DNA of 64,000 nucleotides from Antedon mediterranea (taxonomy: Eukaryota > Animalia > Echinodermata): assembly GCF_964355755.1 (NCBI RefSeq), contig NC_092679.1:1270201-1334200 (forward strand). The letters run 5' to 3'. The position numbers were made by a program, and so were the translations under genes. The notes under the pieces are model-generated. The model was not told where the DNA came from. It ran no database searches and worked only from the letters and a program-made list of their open reading frames with translations. Each line of letters opens with the position of its first letter. The stretch's first letter is position 1. Of the stretch, positions 26,401 to 42,400 are shown piece after piece.

Positions 26401-29400
26401 AAATGGCCATTTTTGGAAAAAATCCTTGTACTATGACTTAGGCAGAAACACAAAAAAATATAGTATATTGATATAAGCAGTGAGTTAGAAAAACAAACAA
26501 AAAATTGTGACTTAGACTCTTTTGTTATGAGGCTGTCCATATCATCTATATACAAAAAAATTGACCTTTAAGTAACAAAATGTAATAGCATCAGCTCTTC
26601 AGATTAAAATTAACACTGATGATTTTAGAAAAGGAAAGTAGCAATAAAAGAGAAAGAATTTGTAACAAATGGGTTAAAAAATATACTATAAAAATGTATT
26701 TCTTATTTTATTTTAAAAATCACGAGTCTCCTCTCCTTAATTGCTTAAGTCACACAGCTGACTTAGGCAGAAACACAAAAAACGATGTGAGCGTGTGCAA
26801 ATGTATATAAAAGCACTCAGATAATGTACAGAGGGCAGTATAATGATATAAGCAGTGAGTTAGGCAGATCATAAGTCAGCTCTCCTTAATTGCCTAAATG
26901 ACACAGCTGACTTAGGCAGAAACACGAAAAATATAGTATATTGATATAAGCAGTGAGTTAGGCAGAAAAAACAAAACAAAAATTATCACTTAGACACTTT
27001 TGTTATGAGGCTGTCAATATCATCTATATACAAAAATGCTACCTTTAAGTAACAAAATTTAATAGCATCAGCTCTTCAGATTAAAATTAACACTGATGAT
27101 TTTAGAAAAAGAAAGTAGCAATAAAAGAGAAAGAATTTGTAACAAATGGGTTAGAAAATATACTATAAAATGTATTTCTTATTTTATTTAAAAACTCATG
27201 AATCTCCTCTCCTTAATTGCCTAAGTCACACAGCTGACTTAGACAGAAACCCAAAAAAACGATTTGAGCATGTGCAAATGTATATAAAAGCACTCAGATA
27301 ATGTACAGAGGGCAGTATAATGATATAAGCAGTGAGTTAGGCATATCATAAGTGAGCTCCCCTTAATTGCCTAAGTCACACAACTGACTTAGGCAGAAAC
27401 ACAAAAAATATAGTATAATGATATAAGCAAAGAGTTAGGCAGATCATAAGTGAGCTCTCCATAATTGCCTAAGTCACACAGATAGTACAGGGATTTTTTC
27501 AAAAAATAGCCAAAAATATGAAGTTTTTAAAATTCAATTATTATGTTATAAAATTGCTCCATATGATCATATATTGCTTTATCATCACCTTATAGTACCA
27601 TAGACACCAGTTTTATCGAAAAATAAAAGGATCCAAAAATGGCCATTTTTGGAAAAAATCCTTGTACTATGACTTAGGCAGAAACACAAAAAATATAGTA
27701 TATTGATATAAGCAGTGAGTTAGAAAAACAAACAAAAAATTGTGACTTAGACTCTTTTGTTATGAGGCTGTCCATATCATCTATATACAAAAAATTTTAC
27801 CTTTAAGTAAGAAAATGTAATGGCATCAGCTCTTCAGATTAAAATTAACACTGATGATTTTAGAAAAGGAAAGTAGCAATAAAAGAGAAAGAATTTGTAA
27901 CAAATGGGTTAAAAAATATACTATAAAAATGTATTTCTTATTTTATTTAAAAAATCATGAGTCTCCTCTCCTTAATTGCCTAAGTCACACAGCTGACTTA
28001 GGCAGAAACACAAAAAACGATCTGAGCGTGTGCAAATGTATATAAAAGCACTCAGATAATGTACATAGGGCAGTATAATGATATAAGCAGTGAGTTAGGC
28101 AGATCATAAGTCAGCTCTCCTTAATTGCCTAAGTCACACAGATAGTACAGGGATTTTTTCCAAAAATAGCCAAAAATATCAAGTTTTTAAAATTCAATTA
28201 TTATGTTATAAAATTGCTCCATATGATCATATATTGCTTTATCATCACCTTATAGTACCATAGACACCAGTTTTATCGAAAAATAAAAGGATCGAAAAAT
28301 GGCCATTTTTGGAAAAAATCCTTGTACTATGACTTAGGCAGAAACACAAAAAATATAGTATATTGATATAAGCAGTGAGTTAGAAAAACAAACAAAAAAT
28401 TGTGACTTAGACTCTTTTGTTATGAGGCTGTCCATATCATCTATATACAAAAAATTTTACCTTTAAGTAACAAAATGTAATGGCATCAGCTCTTCAGATT
28501 AAAATTAACACTGATGATTTTAGAAAAGGAAAGTAGCAATAAAAGAGAAAGAATTTGTAACAAATGGGTTAAAAAATATACTATAAAAATGTATTTCTTA
28601 TTTTATTTAAAAAATCATGAGTCTCCTCTCCTTAATTGCCTAAGTCACACAGCTGACTTAGGCAGAAACACAAAAAACGATCTGAGCGTGTGCAAATGTA
28701 TATAAAAGCACTCAGATAATGTACATAGGGCAGTATAATGATATAAGCAGTGAGTTAGGCAGATCATAAGTCTCCTCTCCTTAATTGCCTAAGTCACACA
28801 GCTGACTTAGGCAGAAATACAAAAAACGGTCTGAGCGTGTGCAAATGTATATAAAACCACTCAGATAATGTACAGAGGGCAGTATAATGATATAAGCAGT
28901 GAGTTAGGCAGATCATAAGTCAGCTCTCCTTAATTGCCTAAGTCACACAGCTAACTTAATATGCAGAAACACGAAAAATATAGTATATTGATATGAGCAG
29001 TGAGTTAGGCAGATCATAAGTCAGCTCTCCTTAATTGCCTAAGTCACACAGCTGACCCAGGCAGAAACACAACAAATATAGTATATTGATATAAGCAGTG
29101 AGTTAGGCAGAAAAACAAAACAAAAATTATCACTTAGACACTTTTGTTATGAGGCTGTCAATATCATCTATATACAAAAAATGCTACCTTTAAGTAATAA
29201 AATTTAATAGCATCAGCTCTTCAGATTAAAATTAACACTGATGATTTTAGAAAAAGAAAGTAGCAATAAAAGAGAAAGAATTTGTAACAAATGGGTTAGA
29301 AAATATACTATAAAATGTATTTCTTATTTTATTTAAAAACTCATGAATCTCCTCTCCTTAATTGCCTAAGTCACACAGCTGACTTAGGCAGAAACACAAC

Positions 29401-32400
29401 AAAACGATTTGAGCATGTGCAAATGTATATAAAAGCACTCAGATAATGTACAGAGGGCAGTATAATGATATAAGCAGTGAGTTAGGCAGATCATAAGTGA
29501 GCTCCCCTTAATTGCCTAAGTCACACAGCTGACTTAGGCAGAAACACAAAAAATATAGTATAATGATATAAGCAGTGAGTTAGGCAGATCATAAGTGAGC
29601 TCTCCTTAATTGCCTAAGTCACACAGCTGACTTAGGCAGAAAACACGAAAAATATAGTATATTGATATAAGCAGTGAGTTAGGCAGATCATAAGTCAGCT
29701 CTCCTTAAATGCCTAAGTCACACAGCTGACTTAGGCAGAAAACACGAAAAATATAGTATATTGATATAAGCAGTGAGTTAGGCAGATCATAAGTCAGCTC
29801 TCCTTAATTGCCTAAGTCACACAGGTAGTACAGGGATTTTTTCCAAAAATAGCCAAAAATATCAAGTTTTTAAAATTCAATTATTATGTTATAAAATTTC
29901 TCCATATGATCATATATTGCTTTATCATCACCTTATAGTACCATAGACACCAGTTTTATTGAAAAATAAAAGGGTCGAAAAATTGCCATTTTTGGAAAAA
30001 ATCCTTGTACTATGACTTAGGCAGAAACACAAAAAATATAGTATATTGATATAAGCAGTGAGTTAGAAAAACAAACAAAAAATTGTGACTTAGACTCTTT
30101 TGTTATGAGGCTGTCCATATCATCTATATACAAAAAAATTGACCTTTAAGTAACAAAATGTAATAGCATCAGCTCTTCAGATTAAAATTAACACTGATGA
30201 TTTTAGAAAAGGAAAGTAGCAATAAAAGAGAAAGAATTTGTAACAAATGGGTTAGAAAATATACTATAAAATGTATTTCTTATTTTATTTAAAAACTCAT
30301 GAATCTCCTCTCCTTAATTGCCTAAGTCACACAGCTGACTTCGGCAGAAACACAACAAAACGATTTGAGCATGTGCAAATGTATATAAAAGCACTCAGAT
30401 AATGTACAGAGGGCAGTATAATGACATAAGCAGTGAGTTAGGCAGATCATAAGTGAGCTCCACTTAAATGCCTAAGTCACACAGCTGACTTAGGCAGAAA
30501 CACGAAAAATATAGTATATTGATATAAGCAGTGAGTTAGGCAGAAAAAACAAAACAAAATTTATCACTTAGACACTTTTGTTATGAGGCTGTCAATATCA
30601 TCTATATACAAAAAATGCTACCTTTAAGTAACAAAATTTAATAGCATCAGCTCTTCAGATTAAAATTAACACTGATGATTTTAGAAAAAGAAAGTAGCAA
30701 TAAAAGAGAAAGAATTTGTAACAAATGGGTTAGAAAATATACTATAAAATGTATTTCTTATTTTATTTAAAAACTCATGAATCTCCTCTCCTTAATTGCC
30801 TAAGTCACACAGCTGACTTAGACAGAAACCCCAAAAAACGATTTGAGCATGTGCAAATGTATATAAAAGCACTGAGATACTGTACAGAGGGCAGTATAAT
30901 GATATAAGCAGTGAGTTAGGCATATCATAAGTGAGCTCCCCTTAATTGCCTAAGTCACACAGCTGACTTAGGCAGAAACACAAAAAATATAGTATAATGA
31001 TATAAGCAAAGAGTTAGGCAGATCATAAGTGAGCTCTCCTTAATTGCCTAAGTCACACAGATAGTACAGGGATTTTTTCCAAAAATAGCCAAAAATATGA
31101 AGTTTTTAAAATTCAATTATTATGTTATAAAATTGCTCCATATGATCATATATTGCTTTATCATCACCTTATAGTACCATAGACACCAGTTTTATCGAAA
31201 AATAAAAGGATCGAAAAATGGCCATTTTTGGAAAAAATCCTTGTACTATGACTTAGGCAGAAACACAAAAAATATAGTATATTGACATAAGCAGTGAGTT
31301 AGAGAAACAAACAAAAAATTGTGACTTAGACTCTTTTGTTATGAGGCTGTCCATATCATCTATATACAAAAAATTTTACCTTTAAGTAAGAAAATGTAAT
31401 GGCATCAGCTCTTCAGATTAAAATTAACACTGATGATTTTAGAAAAGGAAAGTATCAATAAAAGAGAAAGAATTTGTAACAAATGGGTTAAAAAATATAC
31501 TATAAAAATGTATTTCTTATTTTATTAAAAAAATTATGAGTCTCCTCTCCTTAATTGCCTAAGTCACACAGCTGACTTAGGCAGAAACACAAAAAACGAT
31601 CTGAGCGTGTGCAAATGTATATAAAAGCACTCAGATAATGTACATAGGGCAGTATAATGATATAAGCAGTGAGTTAGGCAGATCATAAGTCTCCTCTCCT
31701 TAATTGCCTAAGTCACACAGCTGACTTAGGCAGAAATACAAAAAACGGTCTGAGCGTGTGCAAATGTATATAAAAGCACTCAGATAATGTACAGAGGGCA
31801 GTATAATGATATAAGCAGTGAGTTAGGCAGATCATAAGTCAGCTCTCCTTAATTGCCTAAGTCACACAGCTAACTTATGCAGAAACACGAAAAATATAGT
31901 ATATTGATATGAGCAGTGAGTTAGGTAGATCATAAGTCAGCTCTCCTTAATTGCCTAAGTCACACAGCTGACCCAGGCAGAAACACAACAAATATAGTAT
32001 ATTGATATAAGCAGTGAGTTAGGCAGAAAAACAAAACAAAAATTATCACTTAGACACTTTTGTTATGAGGCTGTCAATATCATCTATATACAAAAAATGC
32101 TACCTTTAAGTAATAAAATTTAATAGCATCAGCTCTTCAGATTAAAATTAACACTGATGATTTTAGAAAAAGAAAGTAGCAATAAAAGAGAAAGAATTTG
32201 TAACAAATGGGTTAGAAAATATACTATAAAATGTATTTCTTATTTTATTTAAAAACTCATGAATCTCCTCTCCTTAATTGCCTAAGTCACACAGCTGACT
32301 TAGGCAGAAACACAACAAAACGATTTGAGCATGTGCAAATGTATATAAAAGCACTCAGATAATGTACAGAGGGCAGTATAATGATATAAGCAGTGAGTTA

Positions 32401-33499
32401 GGCAGATCATAAGTGAGCTCCCCTTAATTGCCTAAGTCACACAGCTGACTTAGGTAGAAACACAAAAAATATAGTATAATGATATAAGCAGTGAGTTAGG
32501 CAGATCATAAGTCAGCTCTCCTTAATTGCCTAAGTCACACAGCTGACTTAGGCAGAAAACACGAAAAATATAGTATATTGATATAAGCAGTGAGTTAGGC
32601 AGATCATAAGTCAGCTCTCCTTAAATGCCTAAGTCACACAGCTGACTTAGGCAGAAAACACGAAAAATATAGTATATTGATATAAGCAGTGAGTTAGGCA
32701 GATCATAAGTCAGCTCTCCTTAATTGCCTAAGTCACACAGATAGTACAGGGATTTTTTCCAAAAATAGCCAAAAATATCAAGTTTTTAAAATTCAATTAT
32801 TATGTTATAAAATTTCTCCATATGATCATATATTGCTTTATCATCACCTTATAGTACCATAGACACCAGTTTTATCGAAAAATAAAAGGGTCGAAAAATG
32901 GCCATTTTTGGAAAAAATCCTTGAACTATGACTTAGGCAGAAACACAAAAAATATAGTATATTGATATAAGCAGTGAGTTAGAAAAACAAACAAAAAATT
33001 GTGACTTAGACTCTTTTGTTATGAGGCTGTCTATATCATCTATATACAAAAAATTTTACCTTTAAGTAACAAAATGTAATAGCATCAGCTCTTCAGATTA
33101 AAATTAACACTGATGATTTTAGAAAAGGAAAGTAGCAATAAAAGAGAAAGAATTTGTAACAAATGGGTTAAAAAATATACTATAAAAATGTATTTCTTAT
33201 TTTATTTAAAAAATCACGAGTCTCCTCTCCTTAATTGCCTAAGTCACACAGCTGACTTAGGCAGAAACACAAAAAACGATCTGAGCGTGTGCAAATGTAT
33301 ATAAAAGCACTCAGATAATGTACAGAGGGCAGTATAATGATATAAGCAGTGAGTTAGGCAGATCATAAGTCAGCTCTCCTTAATTGCCTAAGTCACACAG
33401 CTGACTTAGGCAGAAACACGAAAAATATAGTATATTGATATAAGCAGTGAGTTAGGCAGAAAAACAAAATAAAAATTATCACTTAGACACTTTTGTTAT

Positions 33500-36400
33500 G
33501 AGGCTGTCAATATCATCTATATACAAAAAATGCTACCTTTAAGTAATAAAATTTAATAGCATCAGCTCTTCAGATTAAAATTAACACTGATGATTTTAGA
33601 AAAAGAAAGTAGCAATAAAAGAGAAAGAATTTGTAACAAATGGGTTAGAAAATATACTATAAAATGTATTTCTTATTTTATTTAAAAACTCATGAATCTC
33701 CTCTCCTTAATTGCCTAAGTCACACAGCTGACTTAGGCAGAAACACAACAAAACGATTTGAGCATGTGCAAATGTATATAAAAGCACTCAGATAATGTAC
33801 AGAGGGCAGTATAATGATATAAGCAGTGAGTTAGGCAGATCATAAGTGAGCTCCCCTTAATTGCCTAAGTCACACAGCTGACTTAGGCAGAAACACAAAA
33901 AATATAGTATAATGATATAAGCAGTGAGTTAGGCAGATCATAAGTCAGCTCTCCTTAATTGCCTAAGTCACACAGCTGACTTAGGCAGAAAACACGAAAA
34001 ATATAGTATATTGATATAAGCAGTGAGTTAGGCAGATCATAAGTCAGCTCTCCTTAAATGCCTAAGTCACACAGCTGACTTAGGCAGAAAACACGAAAAA
34101 TATAGTATATTGATATAAGCAGTGAGTTAGGCAGATCATAAGTCAGCTCTCCTTAATTGCCTAAGTCACACAGATAGTACAGGGATTTTTTCCAAAAATA
34201 GCCAAAAATATCAAGTTTTTAAAATTCAATTATTATGTTATAAAATTTCTCCATATGATCATATATTGCTTTATCATCACCTTATAGTACCATAGACACC
34301 AGTTTTATTGAAAAATAAAAGGGTCGAAAAATGGCCATTTTTGGAAAAAATCCTTGTACTATGACTTAGGCAGAAACACAAAAAATATAGTATATTGATA
34401 TAAGCAGTGAGTTAGAAAAACAAACAAAAAATTGTGACTTAGACTCTTTTGTTATGAGGCTGTCCATATCATCTATATACAAAAAAATTGACCTTTAAGT
34501 AACAAAATGTAATAGCATCAGCTCTTCAGATTAAAATTAACACTGATGATTTTAGAAAAGGAAAGTAGCAATAAAAGAGAAAGAATTTGTAACAAATGGG
34601 TTAAAAAATATACTATAAAAATGTATTTCTTATTTTATTTAAAAAATCACGAGTCTCCTCTCCTTAATTGCCTAAGTCACACAGCTGACTTAGGCAGAAA
34701 CACAAAAAACGATGTGAGCGTGTGCAAATGTATATAAAAGCACTCAGATAATGTACAGAGGGCAGTATAATGATATAAGCAGTGAGTTAGGCAGATCATA
34801 AGTCAGCTCTCCTTAATTGCCTAAGTCACACACAGCTGACTTAGGCAGAAACACGAAAAATATAGTATATTGATATAAGCAGTGAGTTAGGCAGAAAAAC
34901 AAAACAAAAATTATCACTTAGACACTTTTGTTATGAGGCTGTCAATATCATCTATATACAAAAAATGCTACCTTTAAGTAACAAAATTTAATAGCATCAG
35001 CTCTTCAGATTAAAATTAACACTGATGATTTTAGAAAAAGAAAGTAGCAATAAAAGAGAAAGAATTTGTAACAAATGGGTTAGAAAATATACTATAAAAT
35101 GTATTTCTTATTTTATTTAAAAACTCATGAATCTCCTCTCCTTAATTGCCTAAGTCACACAGCTGACTTAGACAGAAACCCAAAAAAACGATTTGAGCAT
35201 GTTCAAATGTATATAAAAGCACTGAGATAATGTACAGAGGGCAGTATAATGATATAAGCAGTGAGTTAGGCATATCATAAGTGAGCTCCCCTTAATTGCC
35301 TAAGTCACACAGCTGACTTAGGCAGAAACACAAAAAATATAGTATAATGATATAAGCAAAGAGTTAGGCAGATCATAAGTGAGCTCTCTTTAATTGCCTA
35401 AGTCACACAGATAGTACAGGGATATTTTCCAAAAATAGCCAAAAATATGAAGTTTTTAAAATTCAATTATTATGTTATAAAATTGCTCCATATGATCATA
35501 TATTGCTTTATCATCACCTTATAGTACCATAGACACCAGTTTTATCGAAAAATAAAAGGATCGAAAAATGGCCATTTTTGGAAAAAATCCTTGTACTATG
35601 ACTTAGGCAGAAACACAAAAAATATAGTATATTGATATAAGCAGTGAGTTAGAAAAACAAACAAAAAATTGTGACTTAGACTCTTTTGTTATGAGGCTGT
35701 CCATATCATCTATATACAAAAAATTTTACCTTTAAGTAACAAAATGTAATGGCATCAGCTCTTCAGATTAAAATTAACACTGATGATTTTAGAAAAGGAA
35801 AGTAGCAATAAAAGAGAAAGAATTTGTAACAAATGGGTTAAAAAATATACTATAAAAATGTATTTCTTATTTTATTTAAAAAATCATGAGTCTCTTCTCC
35901 TTAATTGCCTAAGTCACACAGCTGACTTAGGCAGAAACACAAAAAACGATCTGAGCGTGTGCAAATGTATATAAAAGCACTCAGATAATGTACATAGGGC
36001 AGTATAATGATATAAGCAGTGAGTTAGGCAGATCATAAGTCTCCTCTCCTTAATTGCCTAAGTCACACAGCTGACTTAGGCAGAAATACAAAAAACGGTC
36101 TGAGCGTGTGCAAATGTATATAAAAGCACTCAGATAATGTACATAGGGCAGTATAATGATATAAGCAGTGAGTTAGGCAGATCATAAGTCAGCTCTCCTT
36201 AATTGCCTAAGTCACACAGCTAACTTATGCAGAAATACGAAAAATATAGTATATTGATATGAGCAGTGAGTTAGGCAGATCATAAGTCAGCTCTCCTTAA
36301 TTGCCTAAGTCACACAGCTGACCCAGGCAGAAACACAACAAATATAGTATATTGATATAAGCAGTGAGTTAGGCAGAAAAACAAAACAAAAATTATCACT

Positions 36401-39400
36401 TAGACACTTTTGTTATGAGGCTGTCAATATCATCTATATACAAAAAATGCTACCTTTAAGTAATAAAATTTAATAGCATCAGCTCTTCAGATTAAAATTA
36501 ACACTGATGATTTTAGAAAAAGAAAGTAGCAATAAAAGAGAAAGAATTTGTAACAAATGGGTTAGAAAATATACTATAAAATGTATTTCTTATTTTATTT
36601 AAAAACTCATGAATCTCCTCTCCTTAATTGCCTAAGTCACACAGCTGACTTAGGCAGAAACACAACAAAACGATTTGAGCATGTGCAAATATATATAAAA
36701 GCACTCAGATAATGTACAGAGGGCAGTATAATGATATAAGCAGTGAGTTAGGCAGATCATAAGTGAGCTCCCCTTAATTGCCTAAGTCACACAGCTGACT
36801 TAGGCAGAAACACAAAAAATATAGTATAATGATATAAGCAGTGAGTTAGGCAGATCATAAGTCAGCTCTCCTTAATTGCCTAAGTCACACAGCTGACTTA
36901 GGCAGAAAACACGAAAAATATAGTATATTGATATAAGCAGTGAGTTAGGCAGATCATAAGTCAGCTCTCCTTAAATGCCTAAGTCACACAGCTGACTTAG
37001 GCAGAAAACACGAAAAATATAGTATATTGATATAAGCAGTGAGTTAGGCAGATCATAAGTCAGCTCTCCTTAATTGCCTAAGTCACACAGATAGTACAGG
37101 GATTTTTTCCAAAAATAGCCAAAAATATCAAGTTTTTAAAATTCAATTATTATGTTATAAAATTTCTCCATATGATCATATATTGCTTTATCATCACCTT
37201 ATAGTACCATAGACACCAGTTTTATTGAAAAATAAAAGGGTCGAAAAATGGCCATTTTTGGAAAAAATCCTTGTACTATGACTTAGGCAGAAACACAAAA
37301 AATATAGTATATTGATATAAGCAGTGAGTTAGAAAAACAAACAAAAAATTGTGACTTAGACTCTTTTGTTATGAGGCTGTCCATATCATCTATATACAAA
37401 AAAATTGACCTTTAAGTAACAAAATGTAATAGAATCAGCTCTTCAGATTAAAATTAACACTGATGATTTTAGAAAAGGAAAGTAGCAATAAAAGAGAAAG
37501 AATTTGTAACAAATGGGTTAAAAAATATACTATAAAAATGTATTTCTTATTTTATTTAAAAAATCACGAGTCTCCTCTCCTTAATTGCCTAAGTCACACA
37601 GCTGACTTAGGCAGAAACACAAAAAACGATGTGAGCGTGTGCAAATGTATATAAAAGCACTCAGATAATGTACAGAGGGCAGTATAATGATATAAGCAGT
37701 GAGTTAGGCAGATCATAAGTCAGCTCTCCTTAATTGCCTAAGTCACACACAGCTGACTTAGGCAGAAACACGAAAAATATAGTATATTGATATAAGCAGT
37801 GAGTTAGGCAGAAAAACAAAACAAAAATTATCACTTAGACACTTTTGTTATGAGGCTGTCAATATCATCTATATACAAAAAATGCTACCTTTAAGTAACA
37901 AAATTTAATAGCATCAGCTCTTCAGATTAAAATTAACACTGATGATTTTAGAAAAAGAAAGTAGCAATAAAAGAGAAAGAATTTGTAACAAATGGGTTAG
38001 AAAATATACTATAAAATGTATTTCTTATTTTATTTAAAAACTCATGAATCTCCTCTCCTTAATTGCCTAAGTCACACAGCTGACTTAGACAGAAACCCAA
38101 AAAAAAAACGATTTGAGCATGTTCAAATGTATATAAAAGCACTGAGATAATGTACAGAGGGCAGTATAATGATATAAGCAGTGAGTTAGGCATATCATAA
38201 GTGAGCTCCCCTTAATTGCCTAAGTCACACAGCTGACTTAGGCAGAAACACAAAAAATATAGTATAATGATATAAGCAAAGAGTTAGGCAGTTCATAAGT
38301 GAGCTCTCTTTAATTGCCTAAGTCACACAGATAGTACAGGGATATTTTCAAAAAATAGCCAAAAATATGAAGTTTTTAAAATTCAATTATTATGTTATAA
38401 AATTGCTCCATATGATCATATATTGCTTTATCATCACCTTATAGTACCATAGACACCAGTTTTATCGAAAAATAAAAGGATCGAAAAATGGCCATTTTTG
38501 GAAAAAATCCTTGTACTATGACTTAGGCAGAAACACAAAAAATATAGTATATTGATATAAGCAGTGAGTTAGAGAAACAAACAAAAAATTGTGACTTAGA
38601 CTCTTTTGTTATGAGGCTGTCCATATCATCTATATACAAAAAATTTTACCTTTAAGTAACAAAATGTAATGGCATCAGCTCTTCAGATTAAAATTAACAC
38701 TGATGATTTTAGAAAAGGAAAGTAGCAATAAAAGAGAAAGAATTTGTAACAAATGGGTTAAAAAATATACTATAAAAATGTATTTCTTATTTTATTTAAA
38801 AAATCATGAGTCGCCTCTCCTTAATTGCCTAAGTCACACAGCTGACTTAGGCAGAAACACAAAAAACGATCTGAGCATGTGCAAATGTATATAAAAGCAC
38901 TCAGATAATGTACAGAGGGCAGTATAATGATATAAGCAGTGAGTTAGGCAGATCATAAGTCTCCTCTCCTTAATTGCCTAAGTCACACAGCTGACTTAGG
39001 CAGAAATACAAAAAACGGTCTGAGCGTGTGCAAATGTATATAAAAGCACTCAGATAATGTACATAGAGCAGTATAATGATATAAGCAGTGAGTTAGGCAG
39101 ATCATAAGTCAGCTCTCCTTAATTGCCTAAGTCACACAGCTAACTTATGCAGAAACACGAAAAATATAGTATATTGATATGAGCAGTGAGTTAGGCAGAT
39201 CATAAGTCAGCTCTCCTTAATTGCCTAAGTCACACAGCTGACCCAGGCAGAAACACAACAAATATAGTATATTGATATAAGCAGTGAGTTAGGCAGAAAA
39301 ACAAAACAAAAATTATCACTTAGACACTTTTGTTATGAGGCTGTCAATATCATCTATATACAAAAAATGCTACCTTTAAGTAATAAAATTTAATAGCATC

Positions 39401-42400
39401 AGCTCTTCAGATTAAAATTAACACTGATGATTTTAGAAAAAGAAAGTAGCAATAAAAGAGAAAGAATTTGTAACAAATGGGTTAGAAAATATACTATAAA
39501 ATGTATTTCTTATTTTATTTAAAAACTCATGAATCTCCTCTCCTTAATTGCCTAAGTCACACAGCTGACTTAGGCAGAAACACAACAAAACGATTTGAGC
39601 ATGTGCAAATGTATATAAAAGCACTCAGATAATGTACAGAGGGCAGTATAATGACATAAGCAGTGAGTTAGGCAGATCATAAGTGAGCTCCCCTTAATTG
39701 CCTAAGTCACACAGCTGACTTAGGCAGAAACACAAAAAATATAGTATAATGATATAAGCAGTGAGTTAGGCAGATCATAAGTCAGCTCTCCTTAATTGCC
39801 TAAGTCACACAGCTGACTTAGGCAGAAAACACGAAAAATATAGTATAATGATATAAGCAGTGAGTTAGGCAGATCATAAGTCAGCTCTCCTTAATTGCCT
39901 AAGTCACACAGCTGACTTAGGCAGAAAACACGAAAAATATAGTATATTGATATAAGCAGTGAGTTAGGCAGATCATAAGTCAGCTCTCCTTAATTGCCTA
40001 AGTCACACAGATAGTACAGGGATTTTTTCCAAAAATAGCCAAAAATATCAAGTTTTTAAAATTCAATTATTATGTTATAAAATTGCTCCATATGATCATA
40101 TATTGCTTTATCATCACCTTATAGTACCATAGACACCAGTTTTATTGAAAAATAAAAGGGTCGAAAAATGGCCATTTTTGGAAAAAATCCTTGTACTATG
40201 ACTTAGGCAGAAACACAAAAAATATAGTATATTGATATAAGCAGTGAGTTAGAAAAACAAACAAAAAATTGTGACTTAGACTCTTTTGTTATGAGGCTGT
40301 CCATATCATCTATATACAAAAAAATTGACCTTTAAGTAACAAAATGTAATAGCATCAGCTCTTCAGATTAAAATTAACACTGATGATTTTAGAAAAGGAA
40401 AGTAGCAATAAAAGAGAAAGAATTTGTAACAAATGGGTTAAAAAATATACTATAAAAATGTATTTCTTATTTTATTTAAAAAATCACGAGTCTCCTCTCC
40501 TTAATTGCCTAAGTCACACAGCTGACTTAGGCAGAAACACAAAAAACGATGTGAGCGTGTGCAAATGTATATAAAAGCACTCAGATAATGTACAGAGGGC
40601 AGTATAATGATATAAGCAGTGAGTTAGGCAGATCATAAGTCAGCTCTCCTTAATTGCCTAGGTCACACACAGCTGACTTAGGCAGAAACACGAAAAATAT
40701 AGTATATTGATATAAGCAGTGAGTTAGGCAGAAAAACAAAACAAAAATTATCACTTAGACACTTTTGTTATGAGGCTGTCAATATCATCTATATACAAAA
40801 AATGCTACCTTTAAGTAACAAAATTTAATAGCATCAGCTCTTCAGATTAAAATTAACACTGATGATTTTAGAAAAAGAAAGTAGCAATAAAAGAGAAAGA
40901 ATTTGTAACAAATGGGTTAGAAAATATACTATAAAATGTATTTCTTATTTTATTTAAAAACTCATGAATCTCCTCTCCTTAATTGCCTAAGTCACACAGC
41001 TGACTTAGACAGAAACCCAAAAAAAAACGATTTGAGCATGTTCAAATGTATATAAAAGCACTGAGATAATGTACAGAGGGCAGTATAATGATATAAGCAG
41101 TGAGTTAGGCATATCATAAGTGAGCTCCCCTTAATTGCCTAAGTCACACAGCTGACTTAGGCAGAAACACAAAAAATATAGTATAATGATATAAGCAAAG
41201 AGTTAGGCAGATCATAAGTGAGCTCTCTTTAATTGCCTAAGTCACACAGATAGTACAGGGATATTTTCCAAAAATAGCCAAAAATATGAAGTTTTTAAAA
41301 TTCAATTATTATGTTATAAAATTGCTCCATATGATCATATATTGCTTTATCATCACCTTATAGTACCATAGACACCAGTTTTATCGAAAAATAAAAGGAT
41401 CGAAAAATGGCCATTTTTGGAAAAAATCCTTGTACTATGACTTAGGCAGAAACACAAAAAATATAGTATATTGATATAAGCAGTGAGTTAGAAAAACAAA
41501 CAAAAAATTGTGACTTAGACACTTTTGTTATGAGGCTGTCCATATCATCTATATACAAAAAATTTTACCTTTAAGTAACAAAATGTAATGGCATCAGCTC
41601 TTCAGATTAAAATTAACACTGATGATTTTAGAAAAGGAAAGTAGCAATAAAAGAGAAAGAATTTGTAACAAATGGGTTAAAAAATATACTATAAAAATGT
41701 ATTTCTTATTTTATTTAAAAAATCATGAGTCTCCTCTCCTTAATTGCCTAAGTCACACAGCTGACTTAGGCAGAAACACAAAAAACGATCTGAGCGTGTG
41801 CAAATGTATATAAAAGCACTCAGATAATGTACATAGGGCAGTATAATGATATAAGCAGTGAGTTAGGCAGATCATAAGTCTCCTCTCCTTAATTGCCTAA
41901 GTCACACAGCTGACTTAGGCAGAAATACAAAAAACGGTCTGAGCGTGTGCAAATGTATATAAAAGCACTCAGATAATGTACATAGGGCAGTATAATGATA
42001 TAAGCAGTGAGTTAGGCAGATCATAAGTCAGCTCTCCTTAATTGCCTAAGTCACACAGCTAACTTATGCAGAAATACGAAAAATATAGTATATTGATATG
42101 AGCAGTGAGTTAGGCAGATCATAAGTCAGCTCTCCTTAATTGCCTAAGTCACACAGCTGACCCAGGCAGAAACACAACAAATATAGTATATTGATATAAG
42201 CAGTGAGTTAGGCAGAAAAACAAAACAAAAATTATCACTTAGACACTTTTGTTATGAGGCTGTCAATATCATCTATATACAAAAAATGCTACCTTTAAGT
42301 AATAAAATTTAATAGCATCAGCTCTTCAGATTAAAATTAACACTGATGATTTTAGAAAAAGAAAGTAGCAATAAAAGAGAAAGAATTTGTAACAAATGGG

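Larger units (their letters stand above)
5398..40145 (+). repeat. Near-perfect tandem duplication, period 17,292 bp (5398-22853 matches 22690-40145)
   Basis: Thirteen ORF-track entries recur at exactly +17,292 with identical translations (5799->23091 through 21411->38703). Private variants recur, e.g. AACTTAATATGCAG at 11661/28953. Flanking mismatches are at 5397/22689 and 22854/40146. Confidence 0.93.
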
